Shown: positions 24,407 to 33,324 of the stretch, one piece after another
Numbering within the stretch: position 1 is the stretch's first letter
How the letters are laid out: the number at the start of each line of letters is the position of its first letter
Source of the DNA: Pseudonocardiaceae bacterium
GTDB taxonomy: Bacteria > Actinomycetota > Actinomycetes > Mycobacteriales > Pseudonocardiaceae
DNA length: 45,667 bases
Assembly (NCBI GenBank): GCA_050699655.1
Contig: JBOHFJ010000001.1
Coordinates: forward strand, 1 to 45,667
Direction: 5' to 3'
Made by a program: the position numbers and the translations under genes
Notes under the pieces: model-generated
The model's database searches: none
Told to the model about the DNA's origin: nothing
Seen by the model: only the letters and a program-made list of their open reading frames with translations

Positions 24407-25671
24407 ACGACTGGGCTGACCGGGCGGCGGGACTCGCCGAGGAACTGGTCACCGCGGGCAAGCTGCGCTCACCGGAGTGGATCGCCGCGGTCCGGGCGAT
24501 TCCCCGGCACGAGCTCGTCCCCGTCTTCTACGAGCAGGACCCCGGCACGAGCGCGTGGCTCACCCGGGATGCGACCGACCCGGCCTGGCGGGAGCTGGTC
24601 TACGCCAACCGGGGCCTGTTCACCAAGATCGGCGAGACTGCGGGCTCGTGGGGTACCAGCGTCATTGGCCTGTCTTCCAGCAGCACCCCAGGGCTGATGA
24701 CCCGCATGCTAGAGGCCCTGGACGTGCGCGAAGGACACGACGTGCTGGAAATCGGCAGCGGCACCGGCTACAACGCCGCGCTGCTGTGCCACCGTCTCGG
24801 CAGCGAGCATGTCTTCTCCGTCGACAGTGACCCCGAGCTGGTCGAGCTGGCGCGTGATCGGCTCGCCCGCATCGGGTACCGGCCCACGCTGGTGGCCGCG
24901 GACGGCGGGAACGGGCTGCCCGAGCACGCCCCTTACGATCGGATTGTCGCCACCTGCTCGGTGCCAGCCATACCCTGGGCGTGGCTGGATCAGACCCGCG
25001 TCGGCGGGCTGATCCTGGCTGACCTCAAACTGTCCGTCCACGCCGGCAACCTCGTGTTGCTCAGGCGGTTCGCCGACCGCGCCGAAGGACGCTTCGAGCG
25101 CGCCTGGGCCGGGTTCATGGCGCTGCGCCTAACCACTCCAGCGGCCAAGACGGCGACCACCGCTGGCCACCAGGTGACCCGCGACCGCGCTCAGGCGACA
25201 CCGCGCACCACCCAGCTCGACCAGCTTCGCCCCTGGGACAACCTCATCACCTGGTTCCTCGCCCAGCTCACCGTGCCCAGCGAGATCGGCTACGGGCACA
25301 CTGTCAGCGAAGGGCGCCCCGGGGACGTCTTCCTCACCAGCGCGGATGGCTCCTGGTGTGAAGTCAGCAACCACGCAGACAACGGCATGAGACAGGTGTG
25401 GGAAGCCGGGCCCACCGCGCTGTGGCGCGCCGTCGAGGACGCCGACCAGCTGTGGCACGCGCTCGGCCAGCCCGGATGGGATCGTTTCGGCCTCACCGTC
25501 ACCGCCGAGCGGCAGTGGATCTGGCTCGACTCCCCCGGTTCACGAAGGCTGTTGGAGGGTGGAGACGATATCGGTGGAGCCCGAGTCGGGCTGGTTGGTG
25601 ACCGCCTGGCTCTGGACCAGGACATTGGCGAGGACAACCAGCGCGCCGACCACGATGAACACAATCAGTAG
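24403..25671 (+). CDS. PIMT-like O-methyltransferase of the ATP-grasp peptide maturase system (ThfM-like)
   Basis: GTG 24403 overlaps the ATP-grasp stop (GTGA), with AGGAGG 4 nt upstream. IPRHELVP and VLEIGSGTGYNAALLCHRLG form the PIMT SAM motif. The C-terminal substrate-recognition-like domain ends around QWIWLDSP. The last 40 or so codons run antisense to the DUF4389 gene. Confidence 0.85.
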   Translation: MNDWADRAAGLAEELVTAGKLRSPEWIAAVRAIPRHELVPVFYEQDPGTSAWLTRDATDPAWRELVYANRGLFTKIGETAGSWGTSVIGLSSSSTPGLMTRMLEALDVREGHDVLEIGSGTGYNAALLCHRLGSEHVFSVDSDPELVELARDRLARIGYRPTLVAADGGNGLPEHAPYDRIVATCSVPAIPWAWLDQTRVGGLILADLKLSVHAGNLVLLRRFADRAEGRFERAWAGFMALRLTTPAAKTATTAGHQVTRDRAQATPRTTQLDQLRPWDNLITWFLAQLTVPSEIGYGHTVSEGRPGDVFLTSADGSWCEVSNHADNGMRQVWEAGPTALWRAVEDADQLWHALGQPGWDRFGLTVTAERQWIWLDSPGSRRLLEGGDDIGGARVGLVGDRLALDQDIGEDNQRADHDEHNQ

Positions 25672-26352
25672 CCCGCGCCCACCGCCGGAGAGCACCAGCG
25701 GCCGGGTGCTGAGGGGGGCCGGCCCACCGGGAGCGCCGTATCCAGGAGCGGACGCCTCGTCGCCGAACACATGCTTGGGGTAGGCCGACGTCAGCATCCA
25801 GTAGTACGCCTGGTACCGCATCGAGTAGCGCAACACCGCGGCGGTGGCCTCAGCCAGCGGACGCGGCATCCGCCCGAGGATCAGCACCGCCAGCCAGCAG
25901 AAGAACGCGCACACCGCCCACCCGTACATCAGGACCGTGCTGATGATGGCCGCCGGGATCAGCAGCAGCAGCCGGAACAGCACGGCCAGCCGGTTCAGCC
26001 GGCCCGGCTCGACGAACACCTGCACCGGGTAGTCGGGCGGGCTGAAGGCCACCGGCGGATAACGGTCGACCAGCAGGTAAGCGTAGGCCATCACCCGGAT
26101 GTTGTAGGCGAGCACGCCGGTCAGGAACTCCGCGACCCACCGTGGCAGCCGGCCGAGAACGAGCGCGGCGAACCAGCCGGCGATGCTCACCAGCGTGGCC
26201 ACGAAGAGGAGCACATACAAAATAATGAACTGCGGGATCAGCAGCACGATCCGCACCAGCACGGTGAGCCGCCGCTGAGTCACCGGAAAGTCGATCTCCA
26301 ACTCGGGCAGCACCTCGCCTCCGGTCGTTGCCGGGGTCGCGGTCGGCAACAT
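25540..26352 (-). CDS. DUF4389 domain membrane protein (two DUF4389 repeats)
   Basis: RRLTVLVRIVLLIPQFIIL...GRLPRWVAEF...DRYPP, repeated as NRLAVLFRLLLLIPAAII...GRMPRPLAEA...SAYP. There is a C-terminal TM helix. ATG 26352 follows AGGAG by 8 nt (the track uses GTG 26361). Confidence 0.8.
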   Translation of the reverse strand: MLPTATPATTGGEVLPELEIDFPVTQRRLTVLVRIVLLIPQFIILYVLLFVATLVSIAGWFAALVLGRLPRWVAEFLTGVLAYNIRVMAYAYLLVDRYPPVAFSPPDYPVQVFVEPGRLNRLAVLFRLLLLIPAAIISTVLMYGWAVCAFFCWLAVLILGRMPRPLAEATAAVLRYSMRYQAYYWMLTSAYPKHVFGDEASAPGYGAPGGPAPLSTRPLVLSGGGRGLLIVFIVVGALVVLANVLVQSQAVTNQPDSGSTDIVSTLQQPS

Positions 26353-26454
26353 GTCGATCACTCCTAGCGGTGGGTTGGAGCTGGCGTGTCACCCCGGATC
26401 TTCGCACTTTCTCTCGATCGCGTGGACCGAATTGTGCCCGTGGGGGTGAGCTGG

Positions 26455-29400
26455 TCACGGGGAACGCAGCTCCAGGATCAGGTCGCCGCCCTCTACCTGC
26501 TGTACGGCGTTGATGGCCAGCCGGGCCACCGTGCCGCTGATGGGAGCGGCGATCCCGGCTTCCATCTTCATCGCTTCGATGGTGGCCACCGGCGCTCCGG
26601 CGGCCACCGTGTCCCCCTCGGCCACTCGCAGGGTGACCACACCGGCGAACGGCGCCGCGATCTGGTTACCGTTGGACCGGTCGGCCTTCTCGGCGGCGGG
26701 GACCGTCGAGGCGACGGAGCGGTCCCGGACCTGCAACGGCCGCAGCTGCCCGTTGAGCGTGCACATCACCGTGCGCATACCGCGTTCGTCGACGTCCCCG
26801 ATCGCCTGCAGCTGAATCAGCAGGCGCACCCCCGGATCGAGATCCACCGCGTGTTCCTCACCGGGGCTCATCCCGTAGAAGAACTCCTTGCTGGGCAGCA
26901 CCGAGGTGTCCCCGTAGGCCTCGCGATGGTCCTCGAACTCCGCGGTCGGGCCGGCGAACAGCAGCCGGTTCAGCGTGCGCGCCCGGTCCTCGGCCAGCGC
27001 GAGGCGGTCCCGCGCGGACAACTCCACGATCCCCTTCGGCCCGCCGCGGCCCGCCAGCGCCTTGGTGCGCAGGGGTTCGGGCCAACCGCCGGGGGGAACC
27101 CCGAGCTCGCCGTGCAGAAAGCCGATCAGCGAGTCGGGAATGTCGAAGCGGGCGGGGTCAGCCTCGAATTCCTTCGGCTCCACGCCAGCGCCGACCAGGT
27201 GCAGCGCCAGATCCCCGACGACTTTGGACGACGGAGTCACCTTCACCAGCCGCCCAAGCATCCGGTCGGCCGCCGCGTAGGCGTCCTCGATCTGCTCGAA
27301 GCGGTCCGCCAGGCCCAGCGCCACGGCCTGCTGGCGCAGGTTGGACAGCTGGCCGCCGGGGATCTCATGGTGGTAGACCCGCCCGGTGGGCGCGGCCAGG
27401 CCGGACTCGAAGGGTGCATAGATCTTGCGCACCAGCTCCCAGTAGGGCTCCAGATCGCACACCGCCTGCAGGTCCAACCCGGTGCTGCGCTCGGTGTGAT
27501 CGGTCGCCGCGACCAGCGCGGACAGCGCCGGTTGCGAGGTGGAGCCCGCCATCGACGCGGTGGCCGCGTCCACCGCGTCCACCCCAGCGTCGATCGCGGC
27601 GAGCAGGGTGGCGAGCTGACCGCCGGCGGTGTCGTGCGTGTGCAGGTGCACCGGCAGGTCGAACCGGCTGCGCAGCGCCGCCACCAGCGTCCGGGCCGCT
27701 GGGGGTCGCAGCAGGCCGGCCATGTCCTTGATGGCCAGCACATGCGCGCCGGTCTGGACGATCCGATCCGCCAGGGCCAGGTAGTAGTCCAGCGTGTACA
27801 GCTTCTCCGCGGGATCGGACAGATCAGCGGTGTAGCACAGCGCCACCTCGGCGAGCGCCCGATCGGTCTCGCGCACCGCGTCGATGGCCGGGCGCATCTG
27901 GGACACGTCATTGAGCGCGTCGAAGATCCGGAAGATGTCCAGCCCGGTCTCGGCGGCCTGCTTGACGAAGGCGACGGTCACCTCAGTCGGGTAGGGCGTG
28001 TAACCGACGGTGTTGCGCCCGCGCAGCAGCATCTGCAGGCACACGTTCGGCACCGCCGCGCGCAACGCGGCCAGCCGCTCCCACGGGTCCTCGGCGAGGA
28101 AGCGCAGCGCCACGTCGTAGGTCGCGCCGCCCCAGCACTCCAGGGACAGCAGTTGCGGGGTCATCCGGGCGACGTGCGGCGCCACGGCGAGCAGGTCCCT
28201 GCTGCGCACTCGGGTCGCGAGCAGCGACTGGTGGGCGTCCCGGAAGGTGGTGTCGGTGACGCCGACGGGGACCGCGGCCCGCAACCAGCGCGCGAATCCC
28301 TCCGGGCCCAGCGACCGGAGCCGGCTCCGGGATCCGGTGGGCGGGCGGGCGCCCAGATCGATCGGCGGCAGCTTGCTCACCGGATCGAGCAGCTCGGGGG
28401 GAGCGCCGTGCGGCCGATTCACCGTCACGTCCCCGAGGTAGGCCAGCAACCGGGTGCCCCGGTCCGCGGGCTGCTGGGCGGCGAGCAGGTGCGGCCGCTG
28501 CTCGATGAAGGAGGTGGTGACCCGGCCCGCCACGAAGTCCGGCTCGTCGAGCAGCGCGAGCAGGAACGGGATGTTGGTGGCCACGCCGCGGATCCGGAAC
28601 TCAGCCAGCGCCCGGCGGGCCCGGCGCACCGCGGTGGGGAAGTCCCGCCCCCGGCAGGTGACCTTGACCAGCAGGGAGTCGAAGTACGCGCTGACCTGGG
28701 CGCCCGTTTGCAGGGTGCCGCCGTCCAGCCGGATCCCCGCACCCTGGGCCGAGCGGTACGCGGTGACCGTCCCGACGTCCGGGCGGAATTCGTTGGCCGG
28801 ATCCTCGGTGGTGATCCGGCACTGCAGCGCGGCACCGTGCGCCGCGATCGCGTCCTGGCGCAATCCGAGGTCGGCCAGCGTCTCCCCCGCCGCGATCAGC
28901 AGCTGGGCGCCGACCAGGTCGACGTCGGTGATCTCCTCGGTCACCGTGTGCTCGACCTGGATGCGCGGGTTCATCTCGATGAACACATGCCGACCGGCGC
29001 GGTCGACGAGGAACTCCACGGTGCCCGCGTTGACGTAGTCGATGTGCCGGGCGAAGGCCACCGCATCGGCACAGATCCGCTCCCGCAGCTCAGGGTCCAG
29101 GTTGGGCGCCGGGGCCACCTCCACGATCTTCTGGTGCCGGCGCTGAACCGAGCAGTCCCGCTCGTAGAGGTGGATGACATTGCCCGTCGAGTCGGCGAGG
29201 ATCTGCACCTCGATGTGCCGGGGGTCGATGACCGCCCGCTCCAGGAACACGGTCGGGTCACCGAAGGCCGACTCGGCTTCCCGGCTGGCCGCCTCCACCG
29301 CGGCACGCAGGCCGGCGGGCGCGGTGACCCGGCGCAGGCCGCGCCCACCGCCTCCGGCGACGGCCTTCACGAAGATCGGGAACCCGATCTCGCCGGCGGC

Positions 29401-29838
29401 GGCCAGCAGTTCGTCGATGTCGACCGAGGGTGCGCAGGACGCCAGCACCGGCACTCCGGCCTCACGCGCCGCGACCACCGCCCGCGACTTGTTGCCGGCC
29501 AGCGCCAGCACGGCGGGCGGCGGCCCGACGAAGGTGATGCCGGTCCGCTGGCAGGCCAGCGCCAGCTCCGGGTTCTCCGACAGGAACCCGTATCCGGGGT
29601 AGACGGCGTCGGCCCCGGCGTGCCGGGCGGCCCGGATGATCTCCGTCACCGAGAGGTAGGCCCGGACCGGATGGCCTTTCTCCCCGATCTGGTAGGCCTC
29701 AATGGCCTTGTGCCGATGCTCGGAGTTGCGATCCTCGTAGGGGAACACCGCTACCGTCTGGCAGCCCAGTTCGTAGGCGGCCCGAAACGCCCGGATCGCG
29801 ATCTCCCCGCGGTTGGCGACCAGCACCTTGCTGAACAT
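26455..29838 (-). CDS. pyc: Pyruvate carboxylase
   Basis: MFSKVLVANRGEIAIRAFRAA (biotin carboxylase N-terminus), a carboxyltransferase HxH region (HLHTHDTAG) and the biotinylation motif EAMKME near the C-terminus. ATG 29838 has AAGGAG 7 nt upstream. Confidence 0.95.
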   Translation of the reverse strand: MFSKVLVANRGEIAIRAFRAAYELGCQTVAVFPYEDRNSEHRHKAIEAYQIGEKGHPVRAYLSVTEIIRAARHAGADAVYPGYGFLSENPELALACQRTGITFVGPPPAVLALAGNKSRAVVAAREAGVPVLASCAPSVDIDELLAAAGEIGFPIFVKAVAGGGGRGLRRVTAPAGLRAAVEAASREAESAFGDPTVFLERAVIDPRHIEVQILADSTGNVIHLYERDCSVQRRHQKIVEVAPAPNLDPELRERICADAVAFARHIDYVNAGTVEFLVDRAGRHVFIEMNPRIQVEHTVTEEITDVDLVGAQLLIAAGETLADLGLRQDAIAAHGAALQCRITTEDPANEFRPDVGTVTAYRSAQGAGIRLDGGTLQTGAQVSAYFDSLLVKVTCRGRDFPTAVRRARRALAEFRIRGVATNIPFLLALLDEPDFVAGRVTTSFIEQRPHLLAAQQPADRGTRLLAYLGDVTVNRPHGAPPELLDPVSKLPPIDLGARPPTGSRSRLRSLGPEGFARWLRAAVPVGVTDTTFRDAHQSLLATRVRSRDLLAVAPHVARMTPQLLSLECWGGATYDVALRFLAEDPWERLAALRAAVPNVCLQMLLRGRNTVGYTPYPTEVTVAFVKQAAETGLDIFRIFDALNDVSQMRPAIDAVRETDRALAEVALCYTADLSDPAEKLYTLDYYLALADRIVQTGAHVLAIKDMAGLLRPPAARTLVAALRSRFDLPVHLHTHDTAGGQLATLLAAIDAGVDAVDAATASMAGSTSQPALSALVAATDHTERSTGLDLQAVCDLEPYWELVRKIYAPFESGLAAPTGRVYHHEIPGGQLSNLRQQAVALGLADRFEQIEDAYAAADRMLGRLVKVTPSSKVVGDLALHLVGAGVEPKEFEADPARFDIPDSLIGFLHGELGVPPGGWPEPLRTKALAGRGGPKGIVELSARDRLALAEDRARTLNRLLFAGPTAEFEDHREAYGDTSVLPSKEFFYGMSPGEEHAVDLDPGVRLLIQLQAIGDVDERGMRTVMCTLNGQLRPLQVRDRSVASTVPAAEKADRSNGNQIAAPFAGVVTLRVAEGDTVAAGAPVATIEAMKMEAGIAAPISGTVARLAINAVQQVEGGDLILELRSP

Positions 29839-30011
29839 GTGCCAGCTCCTTTTCCCCACGGCCGCTCGGCCAGGATCTCCCAGCGGCGGCTCCCAACGCA
29901 TCATCGCAGGTGATGATGGTTATCGGGGGAGCTGGGAGGAACCAGTTGCCCGCGCTCTCCCATGCGAGCGGCTGGAGGAGTATCAAGGATGGAGCACGAA
30001 AGGACGCGGCC

Positions 30012-30791
30012 ATGGGCAGATCGCGGTACCGCCGTTACCACCGCCGTTACCACCGCCGGGCTCTGGTGCGGCGGCCGGTCGGCCCGCTACTGGTGCTGCT
30101 GTGCGCGGTGGTGCTGGCCGCCGTCATCGCGATCGCCACGATCGTGGCCGCCGTGGCGCCACCCGTGCTGTTCGGAGTGGGTGCGGTCGTTGTGATGCGA
30201 CACCTGCGCCGGGGCCACCTCCGGGCGGCGGGCTGGCAGCGGCCGAGGCCCATGCCCCCGACGCCCACGACCCCGCCCATCGCGCCGGCCCCGGACTGGC
30301 CCGCTGCCCGGGCCCGGTTCGCCGAGCTGCGCGGGGAGTACGGCCAGTTCGAGTGCGACCCGCTCGCGGTGCTGCGGCTGCCCGCGCTGGCCGACGTCAC
30401 GGTGCCCTCCACCGGCCGGTTCGTGGACGCCTTCGCCGAGGCACAAGCACTGGACACCGACGGTGAACCGCCGCCCGCGCACCGCGCCCGCTTCGCCACC
30501 GCCGTGGATCAAGCCTGGCACGCCTGGCACGCCGCCCGCGACGCGGCCGAACGAATCCGCCTTGCTGGCATCCCCGAGCACGAGCGGGCCACCGTGCATC
30601 GGGCGATCAAGCTGCTCACCATGGCCCGCGACTCCGACCACGACGCCGAGCGTCTTGCCGCCTACGCCAAAGCCCGCGCGGAGCTGGCGAAACTGGACCG
30701 CGGCGGAACGCTTCGACTACCGCCCGCCGCCGCCGCGGCACTGGACGCCGCCGCCCGCGGTCAGCTCCCCGCTGGCGAGGCGGTGGGCTAG
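30012..30791 (+). CDS. Hypothetical membrane-anchored protein (259 aa)
   Basis: ATG 30012 follows GAAAGGA. The basic N-terminus RSRYRRYHRRYHRR is encoded by a 12-nt tandem duplication at 30031-30054. It is followed by two hydrophobic helices and then a soluble A/R-rich helical domain. No motif recognised. Confidence 0.6.
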   Translation: MGRSRYRRYHRRYHRRALVRRPVGPLLVLLCAVVLAAVIAIATIVAAVAPPVLFGVGAVVVMRHLRRGHLRAAGWQRPRPMPPTPTTPPIAPAPDWPAARARFAELRGEYGQFECDPLAVLRLPALADVTVPSTGRFVDAFAEAQALDTDGEPPPAHRARFATAVDQAWHAWHAARDAAERIRLAGIPEHERATVHRAIKLLTMARDSDHDAERLAAYAKARAELAKLDRGGTLRLPPAAAAALDAAARGQLPAGEAVG

Positions 30792-30796
30792 CAGGA

Positions 30797-33055
30797 TTAG
30801 CTGCCCACCGACGCGCCTGGGCCGATAGCGGCAGGCTCTGCGGCGGCTTCGGCGTCGAGGCGGGCACCGAGGCGGGTGAAGGCGGCTCGCGCGGCGACCC
30901 GTTCACGCCGGGCCGTGTCAGGTCGGCCCGCTCGGTCCAGCGCGGTGGCCAGCAGCACCCGGGCACGCGCTGTTTCGTAGGGCGATCCGGCTTCCCTCCA
31001 CAGCTCAACACCCCGGCGCAACGGCGGCAGCGGGTCGCCCTCGCCGGTGGCCAACGCCAGCTCACCGCGAGCGCACTCAGCCGCCGCGAGCAGCGCCTTG
31101 CTGCCATAGATCCGTGCTGACTCAGCCAGCTCAGCCGCGGCGGCACGGGCCGTATCGAGATCGTCGACAGCCAGCGCGATACTCACCTGGTCAGGAAGCA
31201 ACCGGGTACGCTCCAAACGATCCCCGTCCTCGCCGGCCATCGCCGAATTAATCAAAGCGGCCGCCTCGGCGGGGCGGCGGCGCAGTAGCCGCAGCCGGGC
31301 CAAGCCGGGCAGTGGGCTGGCCCCCAGCTCCTCAGCCTTGGCGAAGGCCTCCTCGGCACTTGCGAGGTCGCCAATCCGCAACCGGATCTCACCAATGCTG
31401 GCGAAGGCGAGGCCGGCGTGGGCCAGGTCGATGCACTGCGTGCGTGCGCAAGCCTGGCGGGCTTGCTGCTCAGCCAGCGCCCAGGCGCCTCGACTGATCA
31501 TCATCCCGATGCGGTGAGTCTCGCTGTCTCCGGGGAAGCCGCTCAGCCCGGTGCGCGCGAAGCAGTCCTCGATGGCCTCGGTCCACTCTTCGGCGCGGCG
31601 GTAGTCGCCCAGCTCGTAGCAGGTGGTGATAGCCATACAGAAGATCGTCACAGTGGCGGCCGGCGGGAGGTCCCCGCTGAGCGCCATCGTCATGCCCTCG
31701 TCCAGCAGGGCCAGTCCCTCCGCGACCTGCCCACAGTGGATGAGCACTGAGCCCTGGAAGACCAGCCCGATGGCGTGCAGCTCGATGACGCCGTGCCGCA
31801 CGCCCACCTCGTAGGTCGACCGGGCGGCGGCCAGAGCGGCCGCATGGTCTCCCCTGCTCATCGCGACGCGGGTAGCCACCCAGGACAGGTACCCTTGCTC
31901 CGCACAGTCGGGCTCGGCCTCGAGCAGTCGCTTCGCGCGCTGGAACCAGCCGCTAGTCAACGCGAACTGCCGAAGACCGCCATGCTGCCTCGCCAGCCTG
32001 GCTGCGGCCAGCGCGGCCCGGCGGTGGTCGCCTGCCTGCAGGAAGGCGTGGTGGGCGCGCTGCCGAGCGGACAGCGACTCCCGGTAACGCCCCAGCCAGC
32101 ACGCCGCCTCCGCCAGGCCGTCGAGATCCGGAGCAGCCAGCGGACCCACCCGGTCCGCGGCGGACAACAGCTCGAAGGCGCACCTCCAGTCATGCGCGGC
32201 CAGCGCGGCGTGGGCCTCTAGCAACCTTTTCTCCAGTGCTGGCATCACCGCCGGTGTGAACGTCTCGAGCGGGCGCTGAGGCCGCGGTGGGCGCCAGTCC
32301 AGGTCGGGACGCTGGGCAAGTACCGCCTCATGCAGCCGGACCAGCTCCGGGCTCGGGTCGATACCAAGCTGCTCGGCGAGCTGCGCACGCAGCCGCGCGT
32401 AGGCCCCCAGTGCCTCACCCTGGCGCCCACACCGGTACCACGCCCGGATCAGCTGGGACCACAAACGCTCACGCAGCGGGTGCTCGACCACCGCCCGGCT
32501 CACCTCATCACACAACGCCGCATGCCGACCCAACGCGAGGTCAGCCTCCACACGATCCTCCACCACAGCGGCCCGCAGCTCAGTCAACCGAGCGATCTCA
32601 GCCTGGGCGAACAGCTCGAAACCAAACTCGGCCAACGGCTCACCACGCCACAGCGCCAGCGCGCCACGCAAGGTTTCAGCCGCCCGCACCGGATCGGAGA
32701 ACAGCGCGTCATGCCCATCCCGGGCCAACCGCTCGAATCGCACAGCGTCGACCGCGCTAGGTTCAACAGCCAGCACATAGCCCGGCCCACAGGTACGGAG
32801 CACACCGTCCCGGGCCCGCGGCGCACGATCAGGCTCAAGCGCCCGGCGCAGGTGAGACACGTAGGTCTGCAACGTGTTCCCCGCCGTAGCGGGCGGCTCA
32901 GCACCCCAGAGCACCTCAACCAGCCGGTCGACCGACACCACCTCGCTCACCTGCACCACAACCACAGCCAGCAGCAACCGCTCCTTCGCGCTGGACACCT
33001 CGACCCGACGACGCTGATCCAGCACCTCCAACGGACCGAGAATCGCAAACTCCAC
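30797..33055 (-). CDS. SARP-family regulator (OmpR-type wHTH + BTAD + TPR-like C-terminus), paralogue 1
   Basis: VEFAILGPLEV...LWG..PP......LQTYVSHLRRAL (wHTH); DAVRFERL...ALALWRGEPLAEF...RERLW.QLIRA.YRCGRQGEALGAYARLR (BTAD). No NB-ARC P-loop seen. GTG 33055 has GGGAGG 5 nt upstream. Confidence 0.85.
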   Translation of the reverse strand: MEFAILGPLEVLDQRRRVEVSSAKERLLLAVVVVQVSEVVSVDRLVEVLWGAEPPATAGNTLQTYVSHLRRALEPDRAPRARDGVLRTCGPGYVLAVEPSAVDAVRFERLARDGHDALFSDPVRAAETLRGALALWRGEPLAEFGFELFAQAEIARLTELRAAVVEDRVEADLALGRHAALCDEVSRAVVEHPLRERLWSQLIRAWYRCGRQGEALGAYARLRAQLAEQLGIDPSPELVRLHEAVLAQRPDLDWRPPRPQRPLETFTPAVMPALEKRLLEAHAALAAHDWRCAFELLSAADRVGPLAAPDLDGLAEAACWLGRYRESLSARQRAHHAFLQAGDHRRAALAAARLARQHGGLRQFALTSGWFQRAKRLLEAEPDCAEQGYLSWVATRVAMSRGDHAAALAAARSTYEVGVRHGVIELHAIGLVFQGSVLIHCGQVAEGLALLDEGMTMALSGDLPPAATVTIFCMAITTCYELGDYRRAEEWTEAIEDCFARTGLSGFPGDSETHRIGMMISRGAWALAEQQARQACARTQCIDLAHAGLAFASIGEIRLRIGDLASAEEAFAKAEELGASPLPGLARLRLLRRRPAEAAALINSAMAGEDGDRLERTRLLPDQVSIALAVDDLDTARAAAAELAESARIYGSKALLAAAECARGELALATGEGDPLPPLRRGVELWREAGSPYETARARVLLATALDRAGRPDTARRERVAARAAFTRLGARLDAEAAAEPAAIGPGASVGS
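31027..31189. repeat. 163-nt tract identical to 41700-41862 (inside the two SARP paralogues)
   Basis: Aligned by eye base for base, with mismatches immediately outside both ends. It encodes ...LPDQVSIALAVDDLDTARAAAAELAESARIYGSKALLAAAECARGELALATGEGDPL in both genes. Confidence 0.85.
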
Positions 33056-33324
33056 CGGTGCCTCCCAGAACCCGTTCCAGTGGCGCTTCAGCTGTCCCCC
33101 ATGCCGCCTGCTCCAGATCTCTCCAAGGATGCGGGGGGCGATACGAGCAAGAGCATAGACGCCAGTGAGCGGCGGTAGCCGCAGCCGGCCGCTGGCCGTG
33201 AGCGCCGCAGCCCGCCAGCCGCACTTGCACCACGCTTGCACCCTGGCTCCTAACCTGATCATGACTCGGTCTCACCGGATATTAAGGAGCCCTCGCGCGC
33301 TGATCAAGTTAGGAGCTGGCCGGT

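Noticed and set aside
26386-29913. A 1175-aa ORF on the plus strand
   Set aside because: It is exactly antisense to pyruvate carboxylase and its translation is Arg/Gly/Pro/His-rich with no motifs. This is the classic shadow ORF of a high-GC gene.
30616-31146. ORFs 30616-31146 (-) and 40854-41819 (-), which start with the identical peptide MPPRLSWLSQHGSMAARRCSRRLSALAVSWRWPPARATRC
   Set aside because: They are off-frame ORFs inside the two SARP genes, and the second also runs antisense into the NRPS. The identical N-termini only reflect the 163-nt identical DNA tract, not a real duplicated gene.
33254-33317. Paired TGATCA palindromes and TTA(A)GGAGC repeats in the SARP1-NRPS divergent region, considered as possible SARP heptamer boxes
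   Set aside because: The spacing is irregular (not the 11-nt phased direct heptamers typical of SARP sites), and no counterpart occurs upstream of SARP2. One AGGAG is more simply the NRPS ribosome-binding site.
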